Source: an uncultured delta proteobacterium
GTDB taxonomy: Bacteria > Desulfobacterota > Binatia > Bin18
Assembly: GCA_963733195.1 (NCBI GenBank)
Contig: CAVTCR010000008.1
Coordinates: 1 to 64,000, forward strand
Length of the DNA: 64,000 bases
Direction: 5' to 3'
Below are positions 1 to 8,725 of the stretch, in pieces. Each line of letters starts with the position of its first letter. Position 1 is the stretch's first letter. The notes under the pieces were generated by a model. That model did not search any database. It was not told the DNA's origin and saw nothing but the letters and a program-made list of their open reading frames with translations. The translations under genes were made by a program, and so were the position numbers.

Positions 1-797
1 GCCGGGATCGAAGGGCATTGAGCACGTGCGGATTCGGCGGCTTGCTTGAGCACGGCGGCGACCGTGTCGGCGGACAGTTCGGCAGGTCGCCCGCGGTGCA
101 GACTGTAGAACAACGGCCTGGTCGCAGGGAGTTTGGTGATGTTCGGGTGGAACTCGTCGAGGTAGACGTGCAGGTGCTCGACGGTCTTGTCGGTGAGCGG
201 CACGACGCGGGTCTTGTTGCCCTTGCCGGTGAGCAGGATGTGCCCGGGCTCGGTCAGGCAGAGATCCTGCAGGGTCAGGCCGGTGATCTCGCCCACGCGA
301 GCCGCGGTGTCGTAGAGCAGGATCAGCAGCATCCGGTTCCTGCGAGATTTCGCTGTCTGCCCGGTGAACGCGGCAAGGATCGCCCGCGTTTGAGCTTCGG
401 TGAGGTACTCGATGGGCCTGCGGGGGCCAGCCGGCGCTTTGAGTGCTTTGGCTGATTGGCTGAGCGCGACGAGCGTGAGGTCTTCGTAGGCCGCGTAGGC
501 CAGGAACGCTTTGACGGCGCTGAGGCGCAACGTGACGGTCTTGGGCGTGTAGTGCCGCTGATCGGTCATCCAGGTCAGCCATCCTTTCAGGTGCTGGCGG
601 TCGAAGTGATCGAAGCTGACGCGCTCACGTCCGATGTGCTCGGCCTCGGCGAGGTAGTCCAGGAAGCATTCCAGGCTGATCCGGTAGGCCTCAATCGTTT
701 TCGGTGACAGTCCTCTGGTCTTGGGCATGTAGGCGTGCAGATAATCGCGGGCGAACCTGAAGAAGTCCGGTGCGCCGGTATGTGGGTCGCGTCTCAT
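1..797 (-). CDS. Tyrosine recombinase, third gene of RIT element (RitC-like), runs off window edge
   Basis: Manual translation from ATG at 797: [42 protein letters not shown]...[19 protein letters not shown]...[11 protein letters not shown]; start overlaps the upstream stop (TGATG). Absent from the ORF track because there is no stop in the window. Confidence 0.9.
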   Translation of the reverse strand, partial: MRRDPHTGAPDFFRFARDYLHAYMPKTRGLSPKTIEAYRISLECFLDYLAEAEHIGRERVSFDHFDRQHLKGWLTWMTDQRHYTPKTVTLRLSAVKAFLAYAAYEDLTLVALSQSAKALKAPAGPRRPIEYLTEAQTRAILAAFTGQTAKSRRNRMLLILLYDTAARVGEITGLTLQDLCLTEPGHILLTGKGNKTRVVPLTDKTVEHLHVYLDEFHPNITKLPATRPLFYSLHRGRPAELSADTVAAVLKQAAESARAQCPSIP

Positions 798-1747
798 CAG
801 AATCCCACCTGCGGTAGCAGGGACTGGCGTTGCCGGGTGATGTCGGCGTAGGCGGCCATGAAATCGGGCGAGGTGTGCACGTAGTAGTACGTGCTCTCAA
901 AGGTCGCGTGACCCATGTAACGAGACAGGTAGGGCAGCATCGCGGCGACGTCGTCGCCGGCGGTCATCCATCGGTGGATATTGGCGTAGGCGAAATGATG
1001 CCGGAAATCGTAGGGTCGTGGCTGTTGACCGGCCACGGGCCGGGGCAGCCCGGCCTGGTCCCAGATGCGGCCGAATATCTTCCCGACTGTTGCCGTGCTG
1101 ACCTGGTTGCCGGTAGCGGAGACGAAAAACGTGCGACGCGAGGCGAACTGCGCTCGCGAGGTCCGGTCGCAGGTGTCGAGGATCTCGATGACCTGATCAG
1201 TCAGCGGCAGCCTGCGGCTGCGATGTCCTTTGGACCAGATGATGTCGATGTGCCCGGCATCGAGGTCGACCTGACCGGTCTGCAGGGCGCGGGTTTCGCC
1301 GGTTCGCAGCCCGCACGAGTGCATCAGGGTGAAGAACGCGACCGCCTGCCATCGCCACGGGCATGGCGTCTGCATCTGTGCGGCGGCAGCGAAGAACAAC
1401 TCGATCTCACGCCGGGACAACAGATAGGGATGGGCGGCAACGATCGGGGCTTTCCACCGATCAGAGAGCACATAAGCGTCAGGGATCCCGTTCATCGTCA
1501 TCCAGCGGCCGACGTCACGGATGTAGGACATCCAGGACCGGTAGCGGCCCGAACGTTGCAGCTGAACACCGACCCAGCCTTCAACGGTGTCCTTGTCGAA
1601 CACCGTGCGGTCATGCTCGGCGCAGTAGGCGTCGAACTGTTTCAGGTACCAGATGCGGGAGGCGCCAGTGAATCCCATGTTCGCCTTGAACGCCAGGTAG
1701 GCGTCCAACTCGGTGGCGAACGCGCTGGTGAAGCCGTGGCCACTCAT
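797..1747 (-). CDS. Tyrosine recombinase, second gene of RIT element (RitB-like)
   Basis: [10 protein letters not shown]... with [24 protein letters not shown] and [16 protein letters not shown] (catalytic residues); C-terminal half of ORF 797..2770. Confidence 0.9.
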   Translation of the reverse strand: MSGHGFTSAFATELDAYLAFKANMGFTGASRIWYLKQFDAYCAEHDRTVFDKDTVEGWVGVQLQRSGRYRSWMSYIRDVGRWMTMNGIPDAYVLSDRWKAPIVAAHPYLLSRREIELFFAAAAQMQTPCPWRWQAVAFFTLMHSCGLRTGETRALQTGQVDLDAGHIDIIWSKGHRSRRLPLTDQVIEILDTCDRTSRAQFASRRTFFVSATGNQVSTATVGKIFGRIWDQAGLPRPVAGQQPRPYDFRHHFAYANIHRWMTAGDDVAAMLPYLSRYMGHATFESTYYYVHTSPDFMAAYADITRQRQSLLPQVGF

Positions 1748-2945
1748 GACCGCACGGCTTCTGGGACCGGCAGGACGCAGTCGAGCAGACGTAGCCGGTC
1801 GACGCTCATGTAGAGGTTCGTCGATTCTTCGCTGGCGTGGCCGAGCACTGCCGCGATCGTCGGTAGCGGAACCGCTGCGGCCAGCAGCCGGGATGCGGCG
1901 TTGTGGCGCAGCAACCGGGTTCCCGCCTTCAGCTTGGTTCACTCCCGCTTTCCGGAATGTCTCAACGGTCACCCGGTGCACCGTCGCGTGATCGTTGAGC
2001 CGGGTGTGTGGGGCTACCGAACGCAGGAATAGGTGATCATCGGCGGAGCTGGGCCGTTCGTCGAGCACATAGGAGGCCAGCTTGCTCAGCAGCAGCGCCG
2101 GCAACGGCAGCGTCAGCGGGTTGCCCGTCTTCTGCTGCACGAGGCCGATCGTGTGCCCACGCCAGTCGACATCACCCATCCGCAGCGCCACGATGTCACA
2201 GGCCCGCAATCCCGTCGATAATGCGAGCAAGGTGATCGCGGCGTCCCGCGCGCTGACCACCCCCGACGCACAAGCGCGAACAACCAGTTCCTCGTCGGCA
2301 TCCTCCAAGACGGGGACTATCGCGTGAAAACGTTTGATGCCAGCCAGATTCAGCGCATTGACCAGATCGGTGCGGCCGGTGAACTTCAGGAACGGACGAA
2401 AGTTCGACACCACCCAAAACAGCGACGACTTGGCCCACCGATCCAGTAGGGATTCCAAAAACGCCAGGACACTGCCGCCATCCGCCCCGTCCAGCACGGC
2501 GATCCCGCGTCCTTCCAGGAACACCAGGTAGCTACGCGCCACCCTCCCATAGGCCTCGCGGGTGGCCGGTGCCAGACCGCGGCGGCCCATCTCGGCCTCC
2601 CAGGCGGCATCCAGCGCAACGAAGTCGCTGCCCTCGGGCCGTGGACCTCCGCCGCCGCGGCCACGAACCGCCAGGTCCACCCGGCCGGTCTGCACATACG
2701 AGTCGAACACCGCGACCAGACGCCGGTAATCGAACCGGCGCTGTCGGGCTGAACCGACCGGTGCGCACACTGGTCGTCATCGAGGCGAACTCCGCACCCA
2801 GACCGGTGGAATACTCACGCCCCGAAGCGAACTCAGTCAGCGCCTTGATCGTCTTCGCGTACTGACCAACTGTCGATTCCATGTAGCCGGCCGCCCGCAA
2901 CTCCGCCACGACAACCGCGCCGATCCCACTGACCGTCGTATCCAT
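1744..2945 (-). CDS. Tyrosine recombinase, first gene of RIT element (RitA-like), frameshifted near 2745 and 1920
   Basis: MDTTVSGIG... (ORF 2532..2945) continues in ORF 797..2770 with RDAAITLLALSTGLRACDI and QQKTG; the last part lies in another frame and ends in an ATGA overlap with RitB. Confidence 0.8.
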
Positions 2946-3000
2946 GACCGTCTCCTTCCACAGACGTAGAGATACGACGGACGCTAACCACCACCCGAAA

Positions 3001-3112
3001 CGTTAAGCCGAGAAATCCACCAGCACACCCCCACGAGCGCAGGCCATCTCCGCAAATCCTCGGCTTAACGCAAACCTCGGCATAATCGGTGTTAAGCCGG
3101 ATCCGGCTTAAC
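3001..3112. repeat. RIT terminal inverted-repeat / recombinase-binding array
   Basis: CGTTAAGCCGAG (3001-3012) is inverted to CTCGGCTTAACG (3059-3070); CTCGGCATAAT (3076-3086); perfect 22-bp palindrome GTTAAGCCGGATCCGGCTTAAC (3091-3112). Confidence 0.85.
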
Positions 3113-3113
3113 G

Positions 3114-3478
3114 CCGATGCCGGAAGTCAGTACACCGCAATACATTACGGCGAGACACTGATGCTGGAAGGGCTGAGGCCGTCGGTCGGGACGGTCGGGG
3201 ACGCGCTCGACAATGCGTTGTGCGAGACGACGATCGGCCTGTACAAGACCGAGTGCGTCCGCGAGGGTTCCCCGTTCCGAGCCGGGCCGATCCGCACCCT
3301 CGCCGACCTGGAGAACATCACCTCGGCGTGGGTGACCTGGTACAACGAACGAAGGCTGATGCACCGCCTCGGGCGACGTCCGCCCGCAGAGGCTGAGGCC
3401 GAGTACTACGCTCGACTCCACGCCGGAAAGCACACCGGTCACACGTAACGAGGTGTGCATGAAACCGGGGATGCTTCA
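3114..3478 (+). mobile_element. 3' remnant of IS3-family insertion sequence (OrfB integrase core plus right end)
   Basis: DAGSQYT...PSVGTVGDALDNALCETTIGLYKTE...WYNERRLMHRLG, stop at 3448; followed by GTGTGCATGAAACCGGGGATGCTTCA ending in CA, as IS3 ends do. Confidence 0.85.
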
Positions 3479-3601
3479 CCCATGCCTATGGCAACCCGGC
3501 ACACCACCACCACCATCAGCAGCCTGCCCCATCATCCACCAACCAGGCTTCCCACTACCCATCTTCAACATAGGCATCTTCCCCACACCACCACCCTCGC
3601 C

Positions 3602-3862
3602 ATGAAGCTCGCGATTGCGTTGATCAGCGCCACCATTCCGCTGCTGTTCGCACCATCAGCCTCAGCCAACCCCGCCACCAGCCAGGCCCAGATCGATGAA
3701 GCCGTGGTCGAGGTGTGCGGCATCATCGGTGCCAACCCCACCGAGGAAGGCATGTTCGACGCCGTCACCGGACTAGAGGGACGCGGCTTCGATGAGATGG
3801 ACGCCGCCCTGACGCTGATCAGCTGCCGGCTCACCACGGCTGCCCACAGCACGAGGGGATGA
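3602..3862 (+). CDS. Small secreted protein (mycobacterial DUF732-like), 3' end possibly frameshifted
   Basis: Signal peptide MKLAIALISATIPLLFAPSASA followed by AVVEVCG...GLEGRGFDEMDAALTLI; family resemblance from memory only. Confidence 0.5.
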   Translation: MKLAIALISATIPLLFAPSASANPATSQAQIDEAVVEVCGIIGANPTEEGMFDAVTGLEGRGFDEMDAALTLISCRLTTAAHSTRG

Positions 3863-4549
3863 TGATCGCCATCATGACGGCGGTGGCCGACGACGAGATC
3901 TGCGGGAGACCTGCATAACTAGGCGCCGACATCGACGTCGAGAAGAGATGGCAGATCTCCCACCATCTCAACCGAAAGCCGTTTCCTCGGCGATGCGATG
4001 CGCGCTTGGCGTTGCGCAATCCCGAAAGGGTGTCCGCGTTGAGCTGGTCGGAGACCTCCCCCACTCGGTCGAGTTATGTTGTCGTGCTTTGACATTCGCC
4101 GCCGGCCGTATAGATTGGTCCAGCGATAACGAAGCGTGGCGATTCATTAGTGACTAATAAATCCCGGCAAAGGTCGCCTGCCGCTGTCTTGATGCATCTA
4201 CGGCGTGTCGTCTCCGAAACGATGGTCGATCGTGTGTCTGTGCGCGTCCACCCGGCTAATGCCGGGGTTGCGACACGGTCACGGGTGGACTCCGATCACG
4301 CATCGTAAATCGCAATATTCACTTCAGTCACTATCGTCACACCAATGAGAAGACGTGTAACCGTGGGCGTGCTGACCCGCGCTCGCGTATGTCGTTGCGC
4401 GGTGCGTCGCGCGGTGCCGCTCGAGGAGAAACGGCTTTCGCGTCGTCCCCGGCAATAGCGGTATGGCACCGTCGCGGTCTCCACGCCTGCGGTGTCACGA
4501 GACTGAAAAACCGACGGAAAGCTCTGGCTCGCACCGTTATCACCCACGC

Positions 4550-4990
4550 CTAAGCTTGCGATTAAACCTGGTTAGGCGGTTTTCTTGATCGCTGGGTGGC
4601 GGGTTCGTGGGCTGCGGCGGGTCCCTTTGGGGACGTCCGGGGCCTGCCTTGCTCCTCTGGGTTTTGGTGGGTTGGCGGGCGTGCCCAGGGTTGTGGCAAG
4701 TCGTCGAAACCCGCGCCGGACACGGGCGGGGGTGAGTTTGCCTGGCTTGACGGGTTTCTCCCAGGGCAGTCGCTGGTCGGCGACCAAGGGTCGGGCGAGC
4801 CGAAGTTGGGTGTAGGCGGCGGCGATGGTCCAGGTCCACCGGTCGGCTTGTTCGGGGGTGCACAGTCGTGGGGTGGTCCACCCGAGGGTGTTCTTGCAGA
4901 ACCGGAAGGTGTGTTCGATATCGAAGCGGCGCAAATAGGCTCGCCAGCAGGTGTCCGAGGTCGTATCGGGTCTGGACCCGGCAGCCACAT
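4550..4990 (-). mobile_element. 3' fragment of actinobacterial DDE transposase (IS4/IS701-like) with probable element end
   Basis: AYLRRFDIEHTFRFCKNTLGW (YREK-like motif)...LTPARVRRGF...; stop at 4572, then GGTTTAATCGCAAGCTTAG on the minus strand; 5' part cut off at about 4990. Confidence 0.75.
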
Positions 4991-5287
4991 GAATTAACTC
5001 CTACAGGTGCGCTCGACCGTGGCCTTGTCATGGCACCAATTACTCGGATCGACGAGGTCGTGAGCAGTCCGCAACTCGCTTCGCGTCAGTATTGGACTGA
5101 ATTGCACCATCCTGAACTTGGTCGATCCTTCCGCTATCCTGGACCGTTTGTGAAGTTTAGTGAGACGCCGATTACCTACCGCCGTCGGCCGCCGTTGATT
5201 GGAGAGCATAATCGTGAAGTCTATATTGATGAATTAAGGGTGACGGAGGAAGAGTTGGAGGGGTTGCAGAATAAAGGAGTGATCTAA
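4990..5287 (+). CDS. CoA-transferase family III (CaiB/BaiF), C-terminal fragment
   Basis: ...APITRIDEVVSSPQLASRQYW...PGPFVKFSETP...RRPPLIGEHNREVY; N-terminus missing at the junction. Confidence 0.8.
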
Positions 5288-5301
5288 CCAAGGAGTGACC
5301 A

Positions 5302-6630
5302 ATGACGAACAATCTGCCATTGGAAGGCGTGAAGATTCTCGATCTCATGTGGGTAATGGCTGGCCCTGCCGGAACACGTGTCCTGGCCGATTATGGCGCA
5401 ACCATCGTCCGAGTCGAATCGGCGCAGAAGATCGATACCGCCCGGATGCTGCAACCGTTCCACGGGCGCAAACCTGGCCCGGATAGCTCGGCCTTGTTTC
5501 AGAATCTCAATGCTGGGAAGCTTGGCCTTGCGTTGGATTTGAACAATGAAACAGCTCGTGAGGTTGTTCGTGACCTTGTTCGTTGGGCTGATGTGGTCAC
5601 CGAATCTTTCTCTCCCAAGGCGATGAAAGGGTGGGGACTGGACTACGAATCGCTGAAAAAGATTAAGCCAGACATCATCATGATTAGCTCGTGTCTGATG
5701 GGTCAAACTGGACCAATGGCGAAGTTCGCTGGCTTTGGCAATCTTGCTGCTGCACTCACAGGCTTCTTCAATCTCACCGGCTGGCCGGATCGTATACCCG
5801 CCGGGCCGTTTAGTGCATATACGGATTACGTTGCTCCACGCTTTACTGCAATTGCGATTCTCGCGGCATTAGACCATCGTCAGCGCACTGGGCAAGGGCA
5901 GTACATCGACCAATCGCAAGCCGAAGCGACGCTGCATTTTCTCAGCCCTGCCGTGCTCGATTATACGACGAATGGTCGGGTGCAAGAGGCAATGGGTAAT
6001 CGTGATCTCTATTTTGCCCCGCATGGGGTGTACCCAGCAATCGGCACAGACCGCTGGGTGACGATTACCGTCAAAACCGAAGAACAGTGGCAAACTCTCT
6101 GTGAGGTCATGCAGCGAACAGATCTCGTACGCGATACACGCTTTACCACGCGTGAAGCACGACTCGCTCATCAAGACGAACTCGACGCGCTCATTAGCGA
6201 GTGGACGAAACAACACGACCCCTACCGTGTCGAAGCAATGTTACAAGCGCGTGGCGTTTCGGCAGGTGCGGTGAGCACGATGCATGAAGCGTATAAAGAT
6301 CCGCAACTGGCTCATCGTAACCATTTTGTTCAACTCGACCATCCGACGTACGGAACAACGACTGTCGAAGGCTCACGTATCCGTCTGTCACGTACTCCGG
6401 CGCAGGTACAACGCTGCGCACCGACGATCGGACGTGACAATCAGCAGGTGCTAGAGCAAATCCTTGGCTACAGCGAGGAGAAGATCACTGAGTTGGTAGC
6501 GGCAGGGGCGTTGGATAGAGAGCAAAAGAAAGGGCGAAAAGGGGAAATGGATAAAGGGGAAACGGTAAGAAGAAAGACAGAGCTGAAATCAAGCGAAAAT
6601 TGCTCTGCTCTCGCACGTAAATCCTACTAA
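5302..6630 (+). CDS. CoA-transferase family III (CaiB/BaiF)
   Basis: PLEGVKILDL-WVMAGP-LADYGATIVRVE, NAGKLGLALDL, ADVVTESFSP, APTIGRDN; true stop probably near 6518 (the tail looks like read-through). Confidence 0.92.
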   Translation: MTNNLPLEGVKILDLMWVMAGPAGTRVLADYGATIVRVESAQKIDTARMLQPFHGRKPGPDSSALFQNLNAGKLGLALDLNNETAREVVRDLVRWADVVTESFSPKAMKGWGLDYESLKKIKPDIIMISSCLMGQTGPMAKFAGFGNLAAALTGFFNLTGWPDRIPAGPFSAYTDYVAPRFTAIAILAALDHRQRTGQGQYIDQSQAEATLHFLSPAVLDYTTNGRVQEAMGNRDLYFAPHGVYPAIGTDRWVTITVKTEEQWQTLCEVMQRTDLVRDTRFTTREARLAHQDELDALISEWTKQHDPYRVEAMLQARGVSAGAVSTMHEAYKDPQLAHRNHFVQLDHPTYGTTTVEGSRIRLSRTPAQVQRCAPTIGRDNQQVLEQILGYSEEKITELVAAGALDREQKKGRKGEMDKGETVRRKTELKSSENCSALARKSY

Positions 6631-7164
6631 TCGGACTGCCTGAACAGTATCGCCAATGCCGTGGACTTGTGGGGGATTCCAGCCTGCAGGTCCGAGCACT
6701 CGTTGCTCAATAGTTTTCTTGCTTGTGTCAATCAGCCACAGTTCCCCAACTTTCAGTGCTGCGTAGGTATCCGCTTTCGTCGTACGGTCGTACATTGCCG
6801 TGCTTGGAGAAAGCACTTCAACAACAAGATCTGCTGTCGTTAAACGTCCAGGGTCGGTCGTTTTGCAGACGCTCGGCGCTGACGAACATAAGATCCGGCT
6901 CAAGATAGGTATTCGCTGAGGTCCAGATGGCAGTGCGAGGGAACAAAGAGTCTCACCTAGATGCGGATATGCTTCCAAGTAAGCAGAAACGCGGCGATTG
7001 AGACGAGAAACCGCAATAGTATGCGGACCATCAGGTGGTGGAACCATGTATAGTACTCCAGCAATCAGCTCGTAGTGACCTCCACCTGGAGGATTATCAA
7101 GAGACCAAAATTCGTCGAGTGTGTACTGACGAACGAAGGGAGATGTTGTCGCCACAAGTGCCAT
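6589..7164 (-). CDS. Uma2-family (PD-(D/E)XK) endonuclease-like protein, internally frameshifted
   Basis: YTLDEFWSL...HYELIAGVLYMVPPP...H, ADLVVEVLSPSTAMYDRTTKADTYA, ELWLID. Confidence 0.8.
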   Translation of the reverse strand: MALVATTSPFVRQYTLDEFWSLDNPPGGGHYELIAGVLYMVPPPDGPHTIAVSRLNRRVSAYLEAYPHLGETLCSLALPSGPQRIPILSRILCSSAPSVCKTTDPGRLTTADLVVEVLSPSTAMYDRTTKADTYAALKVGELWLIDTSKKTIEQRVLGPAGWNPPQVHGIGDTVQAVRLVGFTCESRAIFA

Positions 7165-7370
7165 TGCAAGCTTTCCTCAAACCGAGTCCTATCGCAGATT
7201 ATGCGCCCCACAAAGGCACAGCTCAAGAAGAGCAGTCATAGCAGCTTCTGTGTAGCGTGCGCCGTACGCACAACGCCCCTAATAGTACATAACAAACGAG
7301 TTAAGAAACTTGGCAACTCGGCGACTATGAGCATACGTCAATATCGTCGAGGAAGTCTGCTGGAGGAAAA

Positions 7371-7742
7371 ATGTCGCGTAATGGCCAAGGGGGAACCAAG
7401 AAATGGTGTCCCAAGTGCGAACAAATTACGGTTTGCTCGGCTATCAATCCGTCTCAATTAGGAAAACGCTCTGGTCAACGTTGGTATAAGCCCAAGCACC
7501 CTGATATTAATTGGTTTCGTCGCGGTCTAGTCTGTGGATCTTGTAGCCATGGATGGCTTACTGCTGAAGTAGAGGAAGATTTCCTTGACGAACTTGTAGA
7601 ACTGCGTGACGCTCTCAAGAAGATAAAACAACATGCGGAGCAATATGCTGAAGAGTCTAAACAAGCGTCTCAATCGCTCGACAATCTTTCTGCCTCGTTG
7701 AAAGTGCTCAAGGCACTCAAAATTTATAAACAGCAGAAATAG
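7371..7742 (+). CDS. Hypothetical zinc-ribbon plus coiled-coil protein
   Basis: CPKC...RRGLVCGSCSHGWLTAEV (NrdR-N-like ribbon), helical C-terminus; GGAGG RBS upstream. Confidence 0.65.
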   Translation: MSRNGQGGTKKWCPKCEQITVCSAINPSQLGKRSGQRWYKPKHPDINWFRRGLVCGSCSHGWLTAEVEEDFLDELVELRDALKKIKQHAEQYAEESKQASQSLDNLSASLKVLKALKIYKQQK

Positions 7743-7765
7743 TAGCGTATACCCTGTGCCCTATC

Positions 7766-8725
7766 CTACTGACCTTGCAACACCCGCCGCAGTGTTGCGG
7801 TATCGAGGTTCCCACCACTGAAGATAATAGCCACGCGTTGTCCGGCCAATTGTAAGCGCAACTTGACTGCTGCGGCGAGTGACGCGGCTCCAGCCCCTTC
7901 TGCTAAGTTGTGTGTATGAAACAGCAACCAACGAATAGCTGCGGCGATCTCTTCTTCACTTACCGTGACAATATCGTCTACCGACCGGTTAATGATCTCT
8001 TGGGTCATCTCCGCCGGGACACGCGTTGCCAACCCATCAGCAAAGGTATCAGCGCTCTCGGTAGTCACGATCCGCTTCTCTTTCCATGACAGATAGACAG
8101 ACGGTGCACGTTCTGCTTGTACGCCAATGACCCGTGTCTTCGGGCTAATCCGCTCGCGGACGAGCGAGACCCCACAAATACCTGACCCTAGGCCAATCGG
8201 AACAATGACGGCGTCGAGGTTCTGTACGTCGGCGAAAAGTTCTAACGCATAAGTGCCAACTCCGGCAATAAGTAACGGGTCGGCTGGGTGCAGGAAGCGA
8301 TAACCGTGTGCGGCGACCAATGTTGCAACATGATCGCGTGCTTCGTCAAAATCTTTGCCATGTTCGATGACCTCAGCGCCCAACGCGCGCATGCCGACGT
8401 TCTTTTCGGGATTGTTGCCTTTCGGGACCACAAGCACGGCTTCTGCGCCACTACACTTGGCCGCATAGGCAATTGATAGCCCGTGGTTTCCGCGGGTGGC
8501 GGTGATAACGCCGCGTTGTCGCTCTCCTGGTGACAAGGAGGAGAGAAAATTCACTCCCCCACGCACCTTGAAAGACCCTGTAGGTAAGTGGTTTTCGTGT
8601 TTAATGAATAATTCACAACCAACCAATACCGACAGGCCAGGAGAAAGATAGGTCGGGGTGCGTGGCAGAACACGGCGCACAGGTGCTTGAGCACTGAGAA
8701 TATCGTCATATGTTGGCAGACGCAT
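7766..8725 (-). CDS. Threonine/serine dehydratase (PLP fold II)
   Basis: KHENHLPTGSFKVRGG, ATRGNHG, VPIGLGSG, AEGAGAA, SGGN. Confidence 0.92.
   Translation of the reverse strand: MRLPTYDDILSAQAPVRRVLPRTPTYLSPGLSVLVGCELFIKHENHLPTGSFKVRGGVNFLSSLSPGERQRGVITATRGNHGLSIAYAAKCSGAEAVLVVPKGNNPEKNVGMRALGAEVIEHGKDFDEARDHVATLVAAHGYRFLHPADPLLIAGVGTYALELFADVQNLDAVIVPIGLGSGICGVSLVRERISPKTRVIGVQAERAPSVYLSWKEKRIVTTESADTFADGLATRVPAEMTQEIINRSVDDIVTVSEEEIAAAIRWLLFHTHNLAEGAGAASLAAAVKLRLQLAGQRVAIIFSGGNLDTATLRRVLQGQ

Larger units (their letters stand above)
1..3113 (-). mobile_element. RIT (recombinase-in-trio) element, one end visible
   Basis: Three adjacent, translationally coupled tyrosine recombinases plus a terminal array of TTAAGCCG/TTATGCCG motifs at 3001-3112. 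Confidence 0.85.

Noticed and set aside
830-1813. 327-aa plus-strand ORF and similar long antisense ORFs elsewhere (e.g. 30004..30627, 56211..56897)
   Set aside because: Shadow frames opposite or overlapping well-supported genes, with no recognisable motifs.
797-2770. 657-aa double tyrosine recombinase fusion in the ORF track
   Set aside because: Artefact of a frameshift near 1920. RitA ends in another frame with an ATGA overlap at 1744-1747, and RitB has its own start.
3480-3600. His/Thr-rich N-terminal extension of ORF 3455..3862
   Set aside because: Low-complexity C/A-rich intergenic DNA beginning inside the IS3 end; the signal peptide starts at 3602.
6518-6630. Basic C-terminal extension of the CoA-transferase
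   Set aside because: Probably read-through into a purine-rich intergenic repeat after loss of a stop near AAGAL.
7260-7320. Possible integron attC site upstream of the zinc-ribbon gene
   Set aside because: No properly paired RYYYAAC/GTTRRRY cores or L boxes, and no integron integrase or cassette array.
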